Shown: positions 1-9,158, counted from the first letter of the stretch. The stretch: 50,942 nt of DNA from Gemmatimonadota bacterium (GCA_035687725.1 DASRVB010000139.1:1-50942), one strand, 5' to 3'. The notes: generated by a model from the letters alone, not told the origin. A program made the numbers and translations.

Positions 1-367
1 CGACCAGGAGGTCCATCGACACGACGCCCACGCCAGCCACCCCCCTGGCCGGCCGGAAGCCGCTGTCGCCGCGCGGGAGGCCGCCTTGGGCGCCCAGCAT
101 GCGCGCCAGCGACGGCCCGTCGAGATCCGCGTCCAGGGCGCCGACCGCGCGGCCGCCCGCGGCCAAGGACGCGGCCACGTTCGCGCTGATCGCGCTCTTC
201 CCGACGCCCCCCTTGCCGCTCCCGATCGCGACCAACCGCCCGACTCCCGCGAGGCGCTCCCTGAGCCGCCGCCGCTGGTCGACCACCTGACCGACGACAG
301 ACTCGGCTCCGGGATCGGCGACCTCGTGGTACGTCCGTATCCGGCGCGGCACGGGATCCTCGCTCAC
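1..367 (-). CDS. Mrp/ApbC-family P-loop ATPase (Fe-S cluster carrier-like), 5' part only; the 3' end runs off the window
   Basis: My reverse-strand translation from the GTG at 365-367 reads VSEDPVPRR...LVAIGSGKGGVGKSAISANVAASLAAGGRAVGALDADLDGPSLARMLG...VVSMDLLV. This has the deviant Walker A GKGGVGKS and the DADxxGPS motif typical of Mrp/ApbC. Its GTGA overlaps the stop of the ferredoxin gene. It is absent from the ORF track because there is no stop inside the window. Confidence 0.8.
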   Translation of the reverse strand, partial: MSEDPVPRRIRTYHEVADPGAESVVGQVVDQRRRLRERLAGVGRLVAIGSGKGGVGKSAISANVAASLAAGGRAVGALDADLDGPSLARMLGAQGGLPRGDSGFRPARGVAGVGVVSMDLLV

Positions 368-615
368 GGCGCCAGCTGGCTCCCGTCCTCGTCGAGGACG
401 GTGAGGGCGTCCACCGGGCACGCCGCGCAGGCGCGCACGATCCGCTCCCGCTCGACGGCGTCCGCCTCCGAGCGGAAGACCACCACGCCCTCCTCGTCCA
501 GCTCGAAGGACTCGGGGGCCGCTTCGATGCAGTCCCCGAAGCCGACGCAGAGGAGCCGGTCGATCCGCACGGTGAGCCCCGCTATGCGGCGCTCGACGAC
601 GCCGGCGTCACTCAC
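364..615 (-). CDS. small single-cluster ferredoxin (83 aa)
   Basis: ORF translation contains CVGFGDCIEAAPESF ... ACAACPVDAL, a Cys pattern typical of small [3Fe-4S]/[4Fe-4S] ferredoxins. It overlaps the upstream gene by 8 nt and the downstream gene by 4 nt. Confidence 0.8.
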   Translation of the reverse strand: MSDAGVVERRIAGLTVRIDRLLCVGFGDCIEAAPESFELDEEGVVVFRSEADAVERERIVRACAACPVDALTVLDEDGSQLAP

Positions 616-1444
616 CGGAGGCGCCGGGGATGGAGAGGGGCTGAAGCGCGACGATCCGGAGCGGCCCGCCGGTGCCGCCCCCGATCTTCATCGGCAACGC
701 GACGACCGTGGCGCCCCGCAGAACGACGCGATCGAGGTTCGCCAAGTTCTCGAAGATGGGAATGTTCGCGGCGGCGAGGACCCGGTGCGCCCGAAACTCC
801 GTCGATTGACCCCGATCGATGGAGGCGGTGTCGATCCCGACCGCCCGCACCCCGCGTCCGACGAGCCACGCCGCGCCCTCCTCGGAGAGTCCGGGGAAGT
901 GGAGGTCGGCCACAGCCTGCTGGCCGCGCTCTGCGGTCCCCAGGTAGCGCTCCCGATCGGGCCAGCGCTCGCCCCACCCCGTTCGCAGGAGGACGATGGC
1001 ACGGGCGAGAATCGAGCCGTTGGCGGACTCCCACGCCTCGAACGCGTCGACTCCGATCTCGAGATCCCGATCCGCGGCCGCAGCCGCGGTTACGTCGACC
1101 ACGACCGCCTCTCCGATCAGGTCCTCGAGCGGGATCTCGGCCGAGGTGCGCCCGCTCTCGGCGAAGTGGATCGGCGCGTCGAGGTGGGTGCCTCCGTGCT
1201 CCGCCGCGCAGAAGGACTTGGCCGCGTACCAGCCCGCCTCCGTCTCGCCCTCGCTCACGACATTCAGCGCGAAGGCCTCCGCCGTAGGCCAGTAGATCGT
1301 CGAGTCGTCGAACGCATAGGAGAGATCGACGATCTCGGTGTCCGGGCCCGGAACGGGCACCTCCTGGGCGCGGGCCGCGAAGGCGCTTCCCAGAATTGCG
1401 CAGAGCGCTGCGCCTGACGCGGTTCTCGGGCACATCCTCGGCAT
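608..1444 (-). CDS. cyclase-family protein (kynurenine formamidase-like metal hydrolase) with a signal peptide
   Basis: Motif EHGGTHLDAPIHF matches the HxGTHxDxPxH signature of the putative-cyclase family. The N-terminus MPRMCPRTASGAALCAILGSAFAARAQE looks like a signal peptide. I chose the start at the internal Met (1444); the track ORF extends to 1501. Confidence 0.75.
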   Translation of the reverse strand: MPRMCPRTASGAALCAILGSAFAARAQEVPVPGPDTEIVDLSYAFDDSTIYWPTAEAFALNVVSEGETEAGWYAAKSFCAAEHGGTHLDAPIHFAESGRTSAEIPLEDLIGEAVVVDVTAAAAADRDLEIGVDAFEAWESANGSILARAIVLLRTGWGERWPDRERYLGTAERGQQAVADLHFPGLSEEGAAWLVGRGVRAVGIDTASIDRGQSTEFRAHRVLAAANIPIFENLANLDRVVLRGATVVALPMKIGGGTGGPLRIVALQPLSIPGASGE

Positions 1445-1552
1445 GGCACGGTGAGCATGGGAGCCTGCCGCTTTGCTAGTGTGGTGTCGCAGAAGTCTCA
1501 TGTAGCACCGCTAGGGTACCCCGGCCGAACCGCCGTTTCCAGCCCCCGGTGA

Positions 1553-2518
1553 TCAGATGGTCGGCGCCTGGACGGGTTCCAGCAGGCGGCTCATCTGCTC
1601 GATCACGCCGGGATCGATATGCAGATCCGCGGCGGCCATGTTGTCGTCGACGTGCCGCGTGGAAGTCGCCCCGGCGATGACGCTCGTCACCTCCGGACGC
1701 CTCAGGCACCATGCGAGCGCCAGCTGGGACATCGAGCATCCGGCCTCCGCCGCCAGCGGAGCCAGCCGAGCGACTGCGTCCAGCACCTCCGCGCGCCAGT
1801 AGCGGCGCATGAACCCGCTCTGCGGACCGGCTGCCCGGCTGCCTTGCGGGATGTTGGCGAGCGAACGGTACTTCCCGGTCAGGATCCCCTGGGCCAGGGG
1901 CGACCAGACGACGTTCCCCAGACCCAGCTCGTCGGTCGTCGGCAGCACCTCACGCTCGATCGACCGCTGGAGTGCATTGTATTCCGGCTGGTTGCTGGCA
2001 GGGGATCTCCAGTCTCTCGCCCGGCACAGCTCGACCGCCCCGCGGATCTGGGACGCCGACCACTCGGAGACTCCCCAGTACAGGATCTTCCCCTGGCGGG
2101 ACAGGTCGTCCATGATCCCGCAGGTTTCCTCCAGGGGCGTTTCCTCGTCCCAGCGGTGGCACTGGTAGAGGTCGATGTAGTCGACACCCAAGCGGCGCAG
2201 CGACTGGTGGCACTGCTCGAAGACGTGCTTTCTCGACAGTCCCCGGTCGTTGGGACCGTCTCCCATCGGGAAGTACACCTTCGTTGCGAGCACGAACGTT
2301 TCGCGGGGATACGCCGACAGGGCTCGCCCCACGACCTCTTCGGCCCTCCCGCGGTCGTACACGTTCGCGGTGTCGATGAGGTTCACGCCGAGCTCCAGCG
2401 CCCGCTCGATGCAGCGGCGTGCGGTGGTCTCGGCGACCGCGCCGCCGTAGGTGAGCCACGAGCCGAGACCCACCGCGCTCAGCCGGACTCCGGACCGTCC
2501 CAGCCTCCGGTACTGCAA
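1553..2518 (-). CDS. aldo/keto reductase (Kv-beta-like subfamily)
   Basis: LQYRRLGRSGVRLSAVGLGSWLTYGG...IDTANVYDRGRAEEVVG...LATKVYF is a typical AKR. I place the start at the TTG at 2516-2518, because AGGAGG sits 7 nt upstream on the minus strand (plus-strand cctcct at 2526-2531). The track ORF start at 2617 lacks such a site. Confidence 0.85.
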   Translation of the reverse strand: MQYRRLGRSGVRLSAVGLGSWLTYGGAVAETTARRCIERALELGVNLIDTANVYDRGRAEEVVGRALSAYPRETFVLATKVYFPMGDGPNDRGLSRKHVFEQCHQSLRRLGVDYIDLYQCHRWDEETPLEETCGIMDDLSRQGKILYWGVSEWSASQIRGAVELCRARDWRSPASNQPEYNALQRSIEREVLPTTDELGLGNVVWSPLAQGILTGKYRSLANIPQGSRAAGPQSGFMRRYWRAEVLDAVARLAPLAAEAGCSMSQLALAWCLRRPEVTSVIAGATSTRHVDDNMAAADLHIDPGVIEQMSRLLEPVQAPTI

Positions 2519-2615
2519 TCGAATTCCTCCTCTTCGAGTGGCCGAAGTGCACTCGCCCCAGAGTACTCGCTTTTGTATTCTCTCGTCTCCGTACGAATAC
2601 CTCCGCAGGGACGCC

Positions 2616-4010
2616 ATGGGAAGAAGAGCCCGATTGCCCCAGGTCGCGTGGGATGCCGTGCGCGCCCGTGCCGGCGGGACGGCGGCGATCGCCTCGCGCC
2701 GGGATCGGCGACTGGCCGAGATGCTCGCGCGCGCACGGCGGACCCCCTTCTATCGGCGCCACTGGTCCGGCCTCCCGGAGAGCGCTGGCCTCGCGGACCT
2801 CCCTCCAGTGAACAAGGCGGAGTGGGTGGAAGGGTTCGACGAGTCGGTCACCGACCCGGCGATTACGCGCGAGGCGGTCTGGGAATACATGCAGGACCGC
2901 GCGCGCGTGGGACACCCGTGGCAGGGTCGCTATTCCGTCTGCCGCTCTTCGGGGGTCGCCGGGAAGAAGTCTCTATTCGTGAACGACCAGTTCGCGATGG
3001 ACGTGTACTGGGCGCTCTGGCTCACGCGCGGATGGATGCCGTGGCTGGGCGCGCGTGGGGCGGCCCGGCTGGGCCGCCGGGGCGGTCGCGTCGCTGCCGT
3101 AATCGCGACGAACAGCCACTACGCCAGCGCGGCCATGGTGCGGCGGCCGAGCCCGCTCGGGGCCTTTGCCAATGCCCGCTCGACCACGCTCTCGATCCAG
3201 AAGCCCGTTACGCGCATCGCCCGCTCGCTGGACTACTGGAAGCCGGCCGCGCTCGTCGGCTACCCGACGGCCCTCGATTGCCTCGCGGTCGAGCAGCTCG
3301 CGGGACGACTCTCCCTCGACATCGTCCTCGCGGTCTCGGTGTCGGAATGGGTCGAGCCGACGGCTCGCGACCGCATCGAGGCGGCGTTCGGGTGTCCGCT
3401 GCGCGATTCCTACGCGGCTTCGGAGTTCCTGGCCCTCGGGTTCGAGTGTCCGGAGGGCTGGCTCCACGTCAACGCCGATTGGGTCGTCCTGGAGCCGGTG
3501 GACGAGGAACTCCGCCCGGTGCCCGCCGGCGAGACCAGCCACACCGCTCTCGTCACCAATCTCGCGAACCGCACCCAGCCGGTAATTCGCCACGATATCG
3601 GCGACCGGGTGACGGCGCGCCGGGACCCCTGCCCGTGCGGAAGCCCGCTACCGGCGGTACACGTCGAAGGGCGGCAGCACGACACGCTCTTCTTCCGGTC
3701 CGGGGACCGGGAGGTGGCGCTCCTCCCCATGGCCCTGATCGTCAGCTTCTTCGGTTCCGTTCCCGGGATCGGCCCGGGCACCCAGATCGTCAAGACGGCC
3801 GAAGACTTGCTGTCCTTGCGTGTGAACTTTTCCGAGGGAGCCGACCGCGACGCTGCGTGGGAGGAGATGGCACGCCGGGTACGATCCTACCTGCAGGCCC
3901 ACGGGCTGCCCCACGTTTCCGTCGAGCTGTCGCCCATCCCGCCGGGCAGGGATCCCAGAACCGGCAAGCTGAGCAGAACGTGGTCGGAAGTGCCGGCGTC
4001 CGTGCCCTGA
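2616..4010 (+). CDS. phenylacetate-CoA ligase-like / F390-synthetase-like adenylate-forming enzyme
   Basis: From the ATG at 2616: MGRRARL...FYRRHW...LPPVNKAEW...CRSSGVAGKKSLFV (degenerate SSGTTGKP AMP motif)...LVGYPTAL...RDSYAASE...NLANRTQPVIRHDIGD. This layout is typical of the PaaK/CapK family. The track ORF begins earlier (2451), inside the divergent intergenic region. Confidence 0.7.
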   Translation: MGRRARLPQVAWDAVRARAGGTAAIASRRDRRLAEMLARARRTPFYRRHWSGLPESAGLADLPPVNKAEWVEGFDESVTDPAITREAVWEYMQDRARVGHPWQGRYSVCRSSGVAGKKSLFVNDQFAMDVYWALWLTRGWMPWLGARGAARLGRRGGRVAAVIATNSHYASAAMVRRPSPLGAFANARSTTLSIQKPVTRIARSLDYWKPAALVGYPTALDCLAVEQLAGRLSLDIVLAVSVSEWVEPTARDRIEAAFGCPLRDSYAASEFLALGFECPEGWLHVNADWVVLEPVDEELRPVPAGETSHTALVTNLANRTQPVIRHDIGDRVTARRDPCPCGSPLPAVHVEGRQHDTLFFRSGDREVALLPMALIVSFFGSVPGIGPGTQIVKTAEDLLSLRVNFSEGADRDAAWEEMARRVRSYLQAHGLPHVSVELSPIPPGRDPRTGKLSRTWSEVPASVP

Positions 4011-4052
4011 GCTCCGGACGTTCCGGCAGCGCCGGGATGTGGGATGTCCGGA

Positions 4053-4532
4053 TCAGCCCTCCGGCGTCTCGCATCCCTCCCGACGGCGAGTATCCGCGAT
4101 GTGGAAGACCTTCCAGCCGTCCTCGCCCTTGAAGAGCTGGAACGCGTCGACCCCGCAGTGGCTGAACTCGTCGCCCGCGTAGAACGCGTACTTCATCCAG
4201 GCGGTCGCCAGGTTCCCGTCGACCCGCACTTCAGCGTCCCAGATCCGCTCGTCCCAGACCTCTTCGTGCGGGGTTCCGACCGCCTGCACGAAGTCGTCCA
4301 GCGACTCTTCGCGGGTCAGCGTGGGGACGCCCTCCCGAAGGGACACACTGGCTCCGGTCGCGGTCGGGTGCAGCAACGCCCGCATGGCGGCGCTGTCGCC
4401 GGCCCGCATAGCGTCGAACATCTCCTCGATTACTGCCATCACCGCGGCCTCTTCGCTCTCCTGGGCGGCCGCCGGCCCGGGCGCCGCCGCCATGGCCGCG
4501 ATCAGTGCGAATGCCATCGTCACACGAATCAT
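4053..4532 (-). CDS. secreted NTF2-fold (SnoaL/DUF4440-like) protein
   Basis: Signal peptide MIRVTMAFALIAAMAAAPGPAAAQ, then a roughly 130-aa domain (AAVMAVIEEMFDAMRAGDSAAMRALLHP...NLATAWMKYAFY...GVDAFQLFKGEDGWKVFHIADT) with the usual NTF2-like pattern. Confidence 0.6.
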   Translation of the reverse strand: MIRVTMAFALIAAMAAAPGPAAAQESEEAAVMAVIEEMFDAMRAGDSAAMRALLHPTATGASVSLREGVPTLTREESLDDFVQAVGTPHEEVWDERIWDAEVRVDGNLATAWMKYAFYAGDEFSHCGVDAFQLFKGEDGWKVFHIADTRRREGCETPEG

Positions 4533-4678
4533 CGATTCTCCTCGGTTGAATGGATCGGCGGTCGTCCTGACATCGGCCGCTCTCCCCTGACGGCTCGCGC
4601 ACGGCGGGGATTCAAAACCGACTATATTCCTGCGGATCGCCCCCGCAGCAAAATCACAGGTAACCCAGGAGAAAGCGC

Positions 4679-5131
4679 ATGCCGCGATTCGTCGTAATGG
4701 TACCGGTCCTCCTACTGCTCGCCTCGACGCCGGTGGCGTATTCCCAGAGCTCCTACCGCACGATCCTCGAAGCCCAGCTCGATGCCGTCCAGGACCGGAT
4801 GTCGACGGAAGGCTACCGGGCCGACACGAAGGCTGCCTTTACGGACATGATCGTCGGGGTCCTCGAAGCCGGCGCCGAAGTCGGTCTCGAGATCGAGCTG
4901 GTGTCGGGGGTCGAGTACATGATCATGGGCGTGTGCGACGCGGACTGCGACGATCTCGACCTGACGCTGACCGACCCGGACGGGAACGAGATCACTAGCG
5001 ACGCGCTGAACGACGCCTACCCGGTGCTCCTCTTCGCCGCTCCGTCCGGCGGCGCGCACATCCTCTGGGTCAACATGTACGACTGCTCGGTCTCGCCTTG
5101 CAGCTTCGGATACAAGGTGTTCCGCAAATGA
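4679..5131 (+). CDS. secreted 150-aa 4-Cys protein, paralog of 26956..27408 (PPC-like beta-sandwich suspected)
   Basis: AGGAGA lies 7 nt upstream of the ATG. Signal peptide MPRFVVMVPVLLLLASTPVAYSQ. Motifs GVCDADCDDLDL and CSVSPCSFGYKVF. The alignment to the 26956 ORF is gapless. Confidence 0.75.
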   Translation: MPRFVVMVPVLLLLASTPVAYSQSSYRTILEAQLDAVQDRMSTEGYRADTKAAFTDMIVGVLEAGAEVGLEIELVSGVEYMIMGVCDADCDDLDLTLTDPDGNEITSDALNDAYPVLLFAAPSGGAHILWVNMYDCSVSPCSFGYKVFRK

Positions 5132-5184
5132 GGCGGGCCCGGCGCTTGCTTCGTGTCTGATCCCATGGAGGACGGCTCGGTCCG

Positions 5185-6678
5185 GTGAGGGAAGACATCC
5201 AGGGCGTCCTGCGCGAGGTGTTCGGGTTCGACGCGTTCCTTCCCGGCCAGCGCGAGGTCATCGAGGCGGTGCTGGCCGGCAGGGACTGCATCGCGGTCAT
5301 GCCGACAGGGGGCGGCAAATCGCTGACGTTCCAGCTGCCGGCGCGGATCCTGCCCGGCACCGTCCTCGTCCTTTCCCCGCTGATCTCCCTCATGAAGGAC
5401 CAGGTCGACGCGCTGGCCGATCTCGGCTTTCGCGCCACACGGATCGACTCCACGCTCGAGAAGGACGAGCGCCGACGCCGGCTCGAGACCCTGCGAGCAG
5501 GTGGGTACGAGATCGTCTATCTGGCGCCCGAGGCGCTGGAAGGCCGCCTCAGGGAGCTCCTCGGCGAGTGCCCGCTGTCGCTCATGGTGGTCGACGAGGC
5601 GCATTGCATCAGCCAGTGGGGGCACGATTTCCGCCCGTCCTACCGGCGGCTCGCGGGGCTCCGCGAGAGCCTCGGCGACATCCCCGTGCTCGCGCTCACC
5701 GCGACCGCCACCCGCCGGGTCGCCAGCGACATCCTGCGCCAGCTCGGCATGCGGCGCCCCGCGGGCTTCAAGGGCTCGTTCTTCCGGCCGAACCTGTGGC
5801 TCGGGGCGCGGAAGAAGGGCGGCGGAGGCAACACCCGGCGCGAGATCCTCACGCTCGCCCGCCGCCACGCCGGCGAGAGCGGGATCGTCTACTGCATGTC
5901 GCGGCGCACGGTGGAGGGCATGGCCGAATGGCTCCGCCGGCAGGGCGTGTCCGCCGTTCCCTACCACGCCGGGCTGCCGGAGGCGGAGCGGCACGCCAAC
6001 CAGGAGGCGTTCGCGCGCGACCAGGTCGACGTGGTGGTCGCTACCATCGCCTTCGGCATGGGTATCGACAAGCCAGACGTGCGCTTCGTCATCCACCGCG
6101 ACATGCCGAAGGACGTCGAGTCGTGGGTCCAGGAGCTGGGCCGCGCGGGACGCGACGGACTGCCGAGCGAATGCTTCCTCTTCTACTCGTGGGCCGACGT
6201 CAGGCTCCACGAGCGGTTCCTCGACGCCATTCCCGACCCCGATCAGCGGGCCGCCAAGCGCAGGGCCACGGTCGAGCTGTTCGAGCTAGCCGACTCGCGC
6301 GCTTGCCGCCACCGCGCCATCGTGGGGCACTTCGACGAGGAGATCGCGCCCTGCGGAGTGTCGTGCGACGTCTGCACCGGCGTCGCGGTCGAGGATCTCG
6401 CGCGCGGGAGGACCGCGCCCGCCGGCACCGGAGCCCCAGTGGCGCCCGAGAACCCGGTCGTGTTCGAGCGCCTCCGCGCGCTGCGGCGCGAGCTGGCGGA
6501 TTCCCGCGGCGTGCCCGCGTACGTCGTGTTCCACGACTCGACCTTGCGCGAGATGGCCTCGCGGCGGCCGCGGAACCGCAGCCAGATGCTGAAGGTGACC
6601 GGTGTCGGCCCGGTCAAGTTCGAGCGATACGGCGACGCCTTCCTGGAAGCCCTGAACGACGCGGACGGTGAGGCGTAG
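5185..6678 (+). CDS. recQ: ATP-dependent DNA helicase RecQ (short form, 497 aa)
   Basis: FGFDAFLPGQREVIEAVLAGRDCIAVMPTGGGKSLTFQLPA (motif I), DEAHCISQWGHDFRPSY (DEAH box), a Zn-binding Cys cluster CRHRAIVGHFDEEIAPCGVSCDVC, and a C-terminal HRDC-like segment (FERLRALRRELADSRGVPAYVVFHDSTLREMA). GTG start. Confidence 0.9.
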   Translation: MREDIQGVLREVFGFDAFLPGQREVIEAVLAGRDCIAVMPTGGGKSLTFQLPARILPGTVLVLSPLISLMKDQVDALADLGFRATRIDSTLEKDERRRRLETLRAGGYEIVYLAPEALEGRLRELLGECPLSLMVVDEAHCISQWGHDFRPSYRRLAGLRESLGDIPVLALTATATRRVASDILRQLGMRRPAGFKGSFFRPNLWLGARKKGGGGNTRREILTLARRHAGESGIVYCMSRRTVEGMAEWLRRQGVSAVPYHAGLPEAERHANQEAFARDQVDVVVATIAFGMGIDKPDVRFVIHRDMPKDVESWVQELGRAGRDGLPSECFLFYSWADVRLHERFLDAIPDPDQRAAKRRATVELFELADSRACRHRAIVGHFDEEIAPCGVSCDVCTGVAVEDLARGRTAPAGTGAPVAPENPVVFERLRALRRELADSRGVPAYVVFHDSTLREMASRRPRNRSQMLKVTGVGPVKFERYGDAFLEALNDADGEA

Positions 6679-7851
6679 TTGCCGCGATTGTCCGACGTCG
6701 AGCTCCTCGAGCGCCTGGTCGCCTTCGACACCACGAGCTCGCGGAGCAATCTCCCGCTCATCGATTTCGTCTGCGAGTGTCTGGACCGGCGCGGCCTTCG
6801 GATCCACCGGATGCCGTCGGAGAACGGCGAGAAGGCCAATCTGGCCGTGGTAGCCGGTCCCGCGCGGGAAGACCGCGAGGGCCTGACGCTCTGCGGCCAT
6901 ACCGACATCGTGCCGGCGCTGGAACCCGGATGGGAGTCCGATCCCTTCGAGGCGACGCGGCGGGAAGACGCGATCGTCGGCCGAGGCACGGCGGACATGA
7001 AGGGATTCCTCGCACTGGCGATCCGTACCCTGCTCGAGACCGACGACGAGCGCCTCGATCGCCCGCTGGCGCTCCTCTTCACCTACGACGAGGAAGTCGG
7101 CACCCGCGGCGCCCGGAGGCTCTTCGAGTCCGGTGGTCCGCCCGAGCCGCTTCCCCGGCGCACGATCATCGGCGAGCCGACATCGCTCGTCCCCGCGCGG
7201 CTCCACAAGGGCCATCTGCGGGTCCGCATCGTCGTCGAGGGGAAGGCCGCCCACAGCGGGCTGCCCCACCTCGGCCGAAGCGCGATCGAGCCCGCCGCGC
7301 GGGTGGTCCTGGCCCTCGGCGAGCTGAGGCGCGCGCTCGAAGCCGAGCGCCCGGCGGGAGCAGATGCGTTCCCGCAGGTTCCCTTCGTGGCCCTGAACGT
7401 CGGCCGTATCGACGGCGGCGCGGCCGCGAACGTGATCCCCGACCGGTGCGCGATCGAGATCGGCGCGCGGCTCCTCCCAGGGATGGACTCCGGAGAGTTC
7501 GTCGCGCGTGTCCGCTCGGCGGTCGAGCGCGCGGCCGGCGACGCGACCTGGCGACTCGAGACGGCGGGCGAGAGCCCGCCGGCGAAGCTCGACGACGCAT
7601 CCGACCTGTGGGAGTGGCTGTGCGGCGAGGCGACCCTGCCGGCGCATCCGTCGTCAACCGCCGCGGAGAGCGTGTCCTTCGCCACCGACGCGGGCTGGCT
7701 CCAGCGCCTCGGGTTCGAGTGCGCGATCTGGGGCCCGGGGTCGATCGAGGTAGCCCATCGCGCGAACGAGTTCATCCCGCTGGCCGATCTGGCCGCGGGG
7801 CGCGCCACGCTCGCCCGCGCGGTGGATCGCTGGTGCGCGAGGGACGCCTGA
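6679..7851 (+). CDS. argE: acetylornithine deacetylase-like M20 metallopeptidase
   Basis: LLERLVAFDTTSSRSNLPLIDFV...ANLAVVAG...LTLCGHTDIVPA...GRGTADMKGFLA...LLFTYDEEVG matches the ArgE/DapE M20 signature. TTG start immediately after the recQ stop. Confidence 0.75.
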   Translation: MPRLSDVELLERLVAFDTTSSRSNLPLIDFVCECLDRRGLRIHRMPSENGEKANLAVVAGPAREDREGLTLCGHTDIVPALEPGWESDPFEATRREDAIVGRGTADMKGFLALAIRTLLETDDERLDRPLALLFTYDEEVGTRGARRLFESGGPPEPLPRRTIIGEPTSLVPARLHKGHLRVRIVVEGKAAHSGLPHLGRSAIEPAARVVLALGELRRALEAERPAGADAFPQVPFVALNVGRIDGGAAANVIPDRCAIEIGARLLPGMDSGEFVARVRSAVERAAGDATWRLETAGESPPAKLDDASDLWEWLCGEATLPAHPSSTAAESVSFATDAGWLQRLGFECAIWGPGSIEVAHRANEFIPLADLAAGRATLARAVDRWCARDA

Positions 7852-9158
7852 CGCCCGCGGCCGTCCTCGAGGCAGATGTCACGTGGACCGGATCGCGATT
7901 CGAGAGCGGGATCCGGATCGCCGTCGACGAGACCGGGCGCATCGAAGAGGTCGGGGCCCTCGACGCCACGCCCACCCAGCGGCTCCCCCGCCGCGCGCTC
8001 CTCCCGGGCCTCGTCGATGCCCACTCCCACGCCTTCCAGATAGGCCTCCGGGGGCGCACCGAACGATTCGCCTCCGGAACCGGCAGCTTCTGGACCTGGC
8101 GCGACGTCATGTACGAGCTCGTGGTAGCCCTCGACCGTGGCGAGTTCCGCGATCTTTGCCTGCGCGCCTTCGACGAGATGCGGGACGGGGGGATCACCAC
8201 GGTGGGTGAGTTCCACTATCTCCACCATGCCACCGAGGAGCGGGACGCCTCGTTCGACGCGATCGTTCTCGAGGCGGCGGCGGAGGTCGGTATCCGGCTC
8301 GTCCTCCTGCAGTCGTACTACGAGACGGGCGGGATCGGCCGGCCGCTCGGGTCCGCGCAACGCCGGTTCGCGGTGGGATCGGTCGCCGAGTACTGGGACC
8401 GTTTCGACCGCCTGGCCGAGCGCATCGACCCCGCGACCCAGTCGCTGGGCGTCGCGCCTCACTCGATCCGCGCGGCGAGTCTCGACGACCTGGCCGCCCT
8501 TCACGCGGAGGCTCGCCGGCGCGCGCTGCCTTTCCACATGCACGTCGAGGAGCAGCGCGGCGAGATCGAGGAGTGCGTGGCCGCGTACGGCGAGCCGCCG
8601 ATGGCGCTGCTGTCGCGGTCTCTTGCCTCGCTCGAAGGCGTCACGGCGGTCCACTGCACGCACACGTCTCCCGAGCATCTCGCGGCCTTCGTCGAGGCGG
8701 GCGGGTCGGTCTGCGTCTGCCCGCTCACCGAGGCGAATCTCGGGGACGGCATCCCGGATCTCGCCGGCGCGGGGGGCTTCCCGGATCGCCTCTGTCTCGG
8801 GACCGACTCCAACCTGCGGATCGCCATGAACGAGGAGATGCGCTGGCTCGAATACGGCCAACGACTACGGCGGGAGGAACGCGGTGTCCTGGTCGACGCC
8901 GACGGTCTCGTGGGTCGCTCGCTCCTGAATGCAGCCACGCGGGGAGGCGCCGCCGCGCTCGGGGTTCCGGCCGGAGTGATCGCGCCGGGGTGCTGGGCCG
9001 ATCTCACAGCGCTTGACCTCGACGCGCCGGAGCTCCGGGGCTGCGACGAAGGCGAGCTGCTCGACGCCTGGGTGTTCGGAGCGGGCCGCGCGATCGCGGC
9101 GACCTGCGTGGGCGGCCGGTGGCGGGAAACCGGCGGGAACGCCATCGCCGGCAGATGA
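7833..9158 (+). CDS. hutF: formimidoylglutamate deiminase-like amidohydrolase (HutF family)
   Basis: LPGLVDAHSHAFQIGLRGRTE...GEFHYLHH...APHSIRA...FHMHVEEQ...AVHCTH...GTDSN carries the amidohydrolase metal ligands in HutF-like order. The start is set at GTG 7833, a 19-nt overlap with argE. The track ORF (6777) is the same frame running through argE. Confidence 0.7.
   Translation: MREGRLTPAAVLEADVTWTGSRFESGIRIAVDETGRIEEVGALDATPTQRLPRRALLPGLVDAHSHAFQIGLRGRTERFASGTGSFWTWRDVMYELVVALDRGEFRDLCLRAFDEMRDGGITTVGEFHYLHHATEERDASFDAIVLEAAAEVGIRLVLLQSYYETGGIGRPLGSAQRRFAVGSVAEYWDRFDRLAERIDPATQSLGVAPHSIRAASLDDLAALHAEARRRALPFHMHVEEQRGEIEECVAAYGEPPMALLSRSLASLEGVTAVHCTHTSPEHLAAFVEAGGSVCVCPLTEANLGDGIPDLAGAGGFPDRLCLGTDSNLRIAMNEEMRWLEYGQRLRREERGVLVDADGLVGRSLLNAATRGGAAALGVPAGVIAPGCWADLTALDLDAPELRGCDEGELLDAWVFGAGRAIAATCVGGRWRETGGNAIAGR

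Noticed and set aside
1619-4132. 837-aa ORF on the plus strand, plus similar very long ORFs: 5017..6210(-), 7083..8861(-), 17644..20889(+), 22845..25871(-), 41311..43233(+), 44664..46685(-), 45425..46807(+), 47460..48857(+), 9805..11364(+).
   Set aside because: Their translations are Arg/Pro/Gly/Ala-rich low-complexity strings with no motifs. Each lies antisense to, or out of frame with, a gene that has clear family signatures. These are the typical shadow ORFs of a roughly 70% GC genome.
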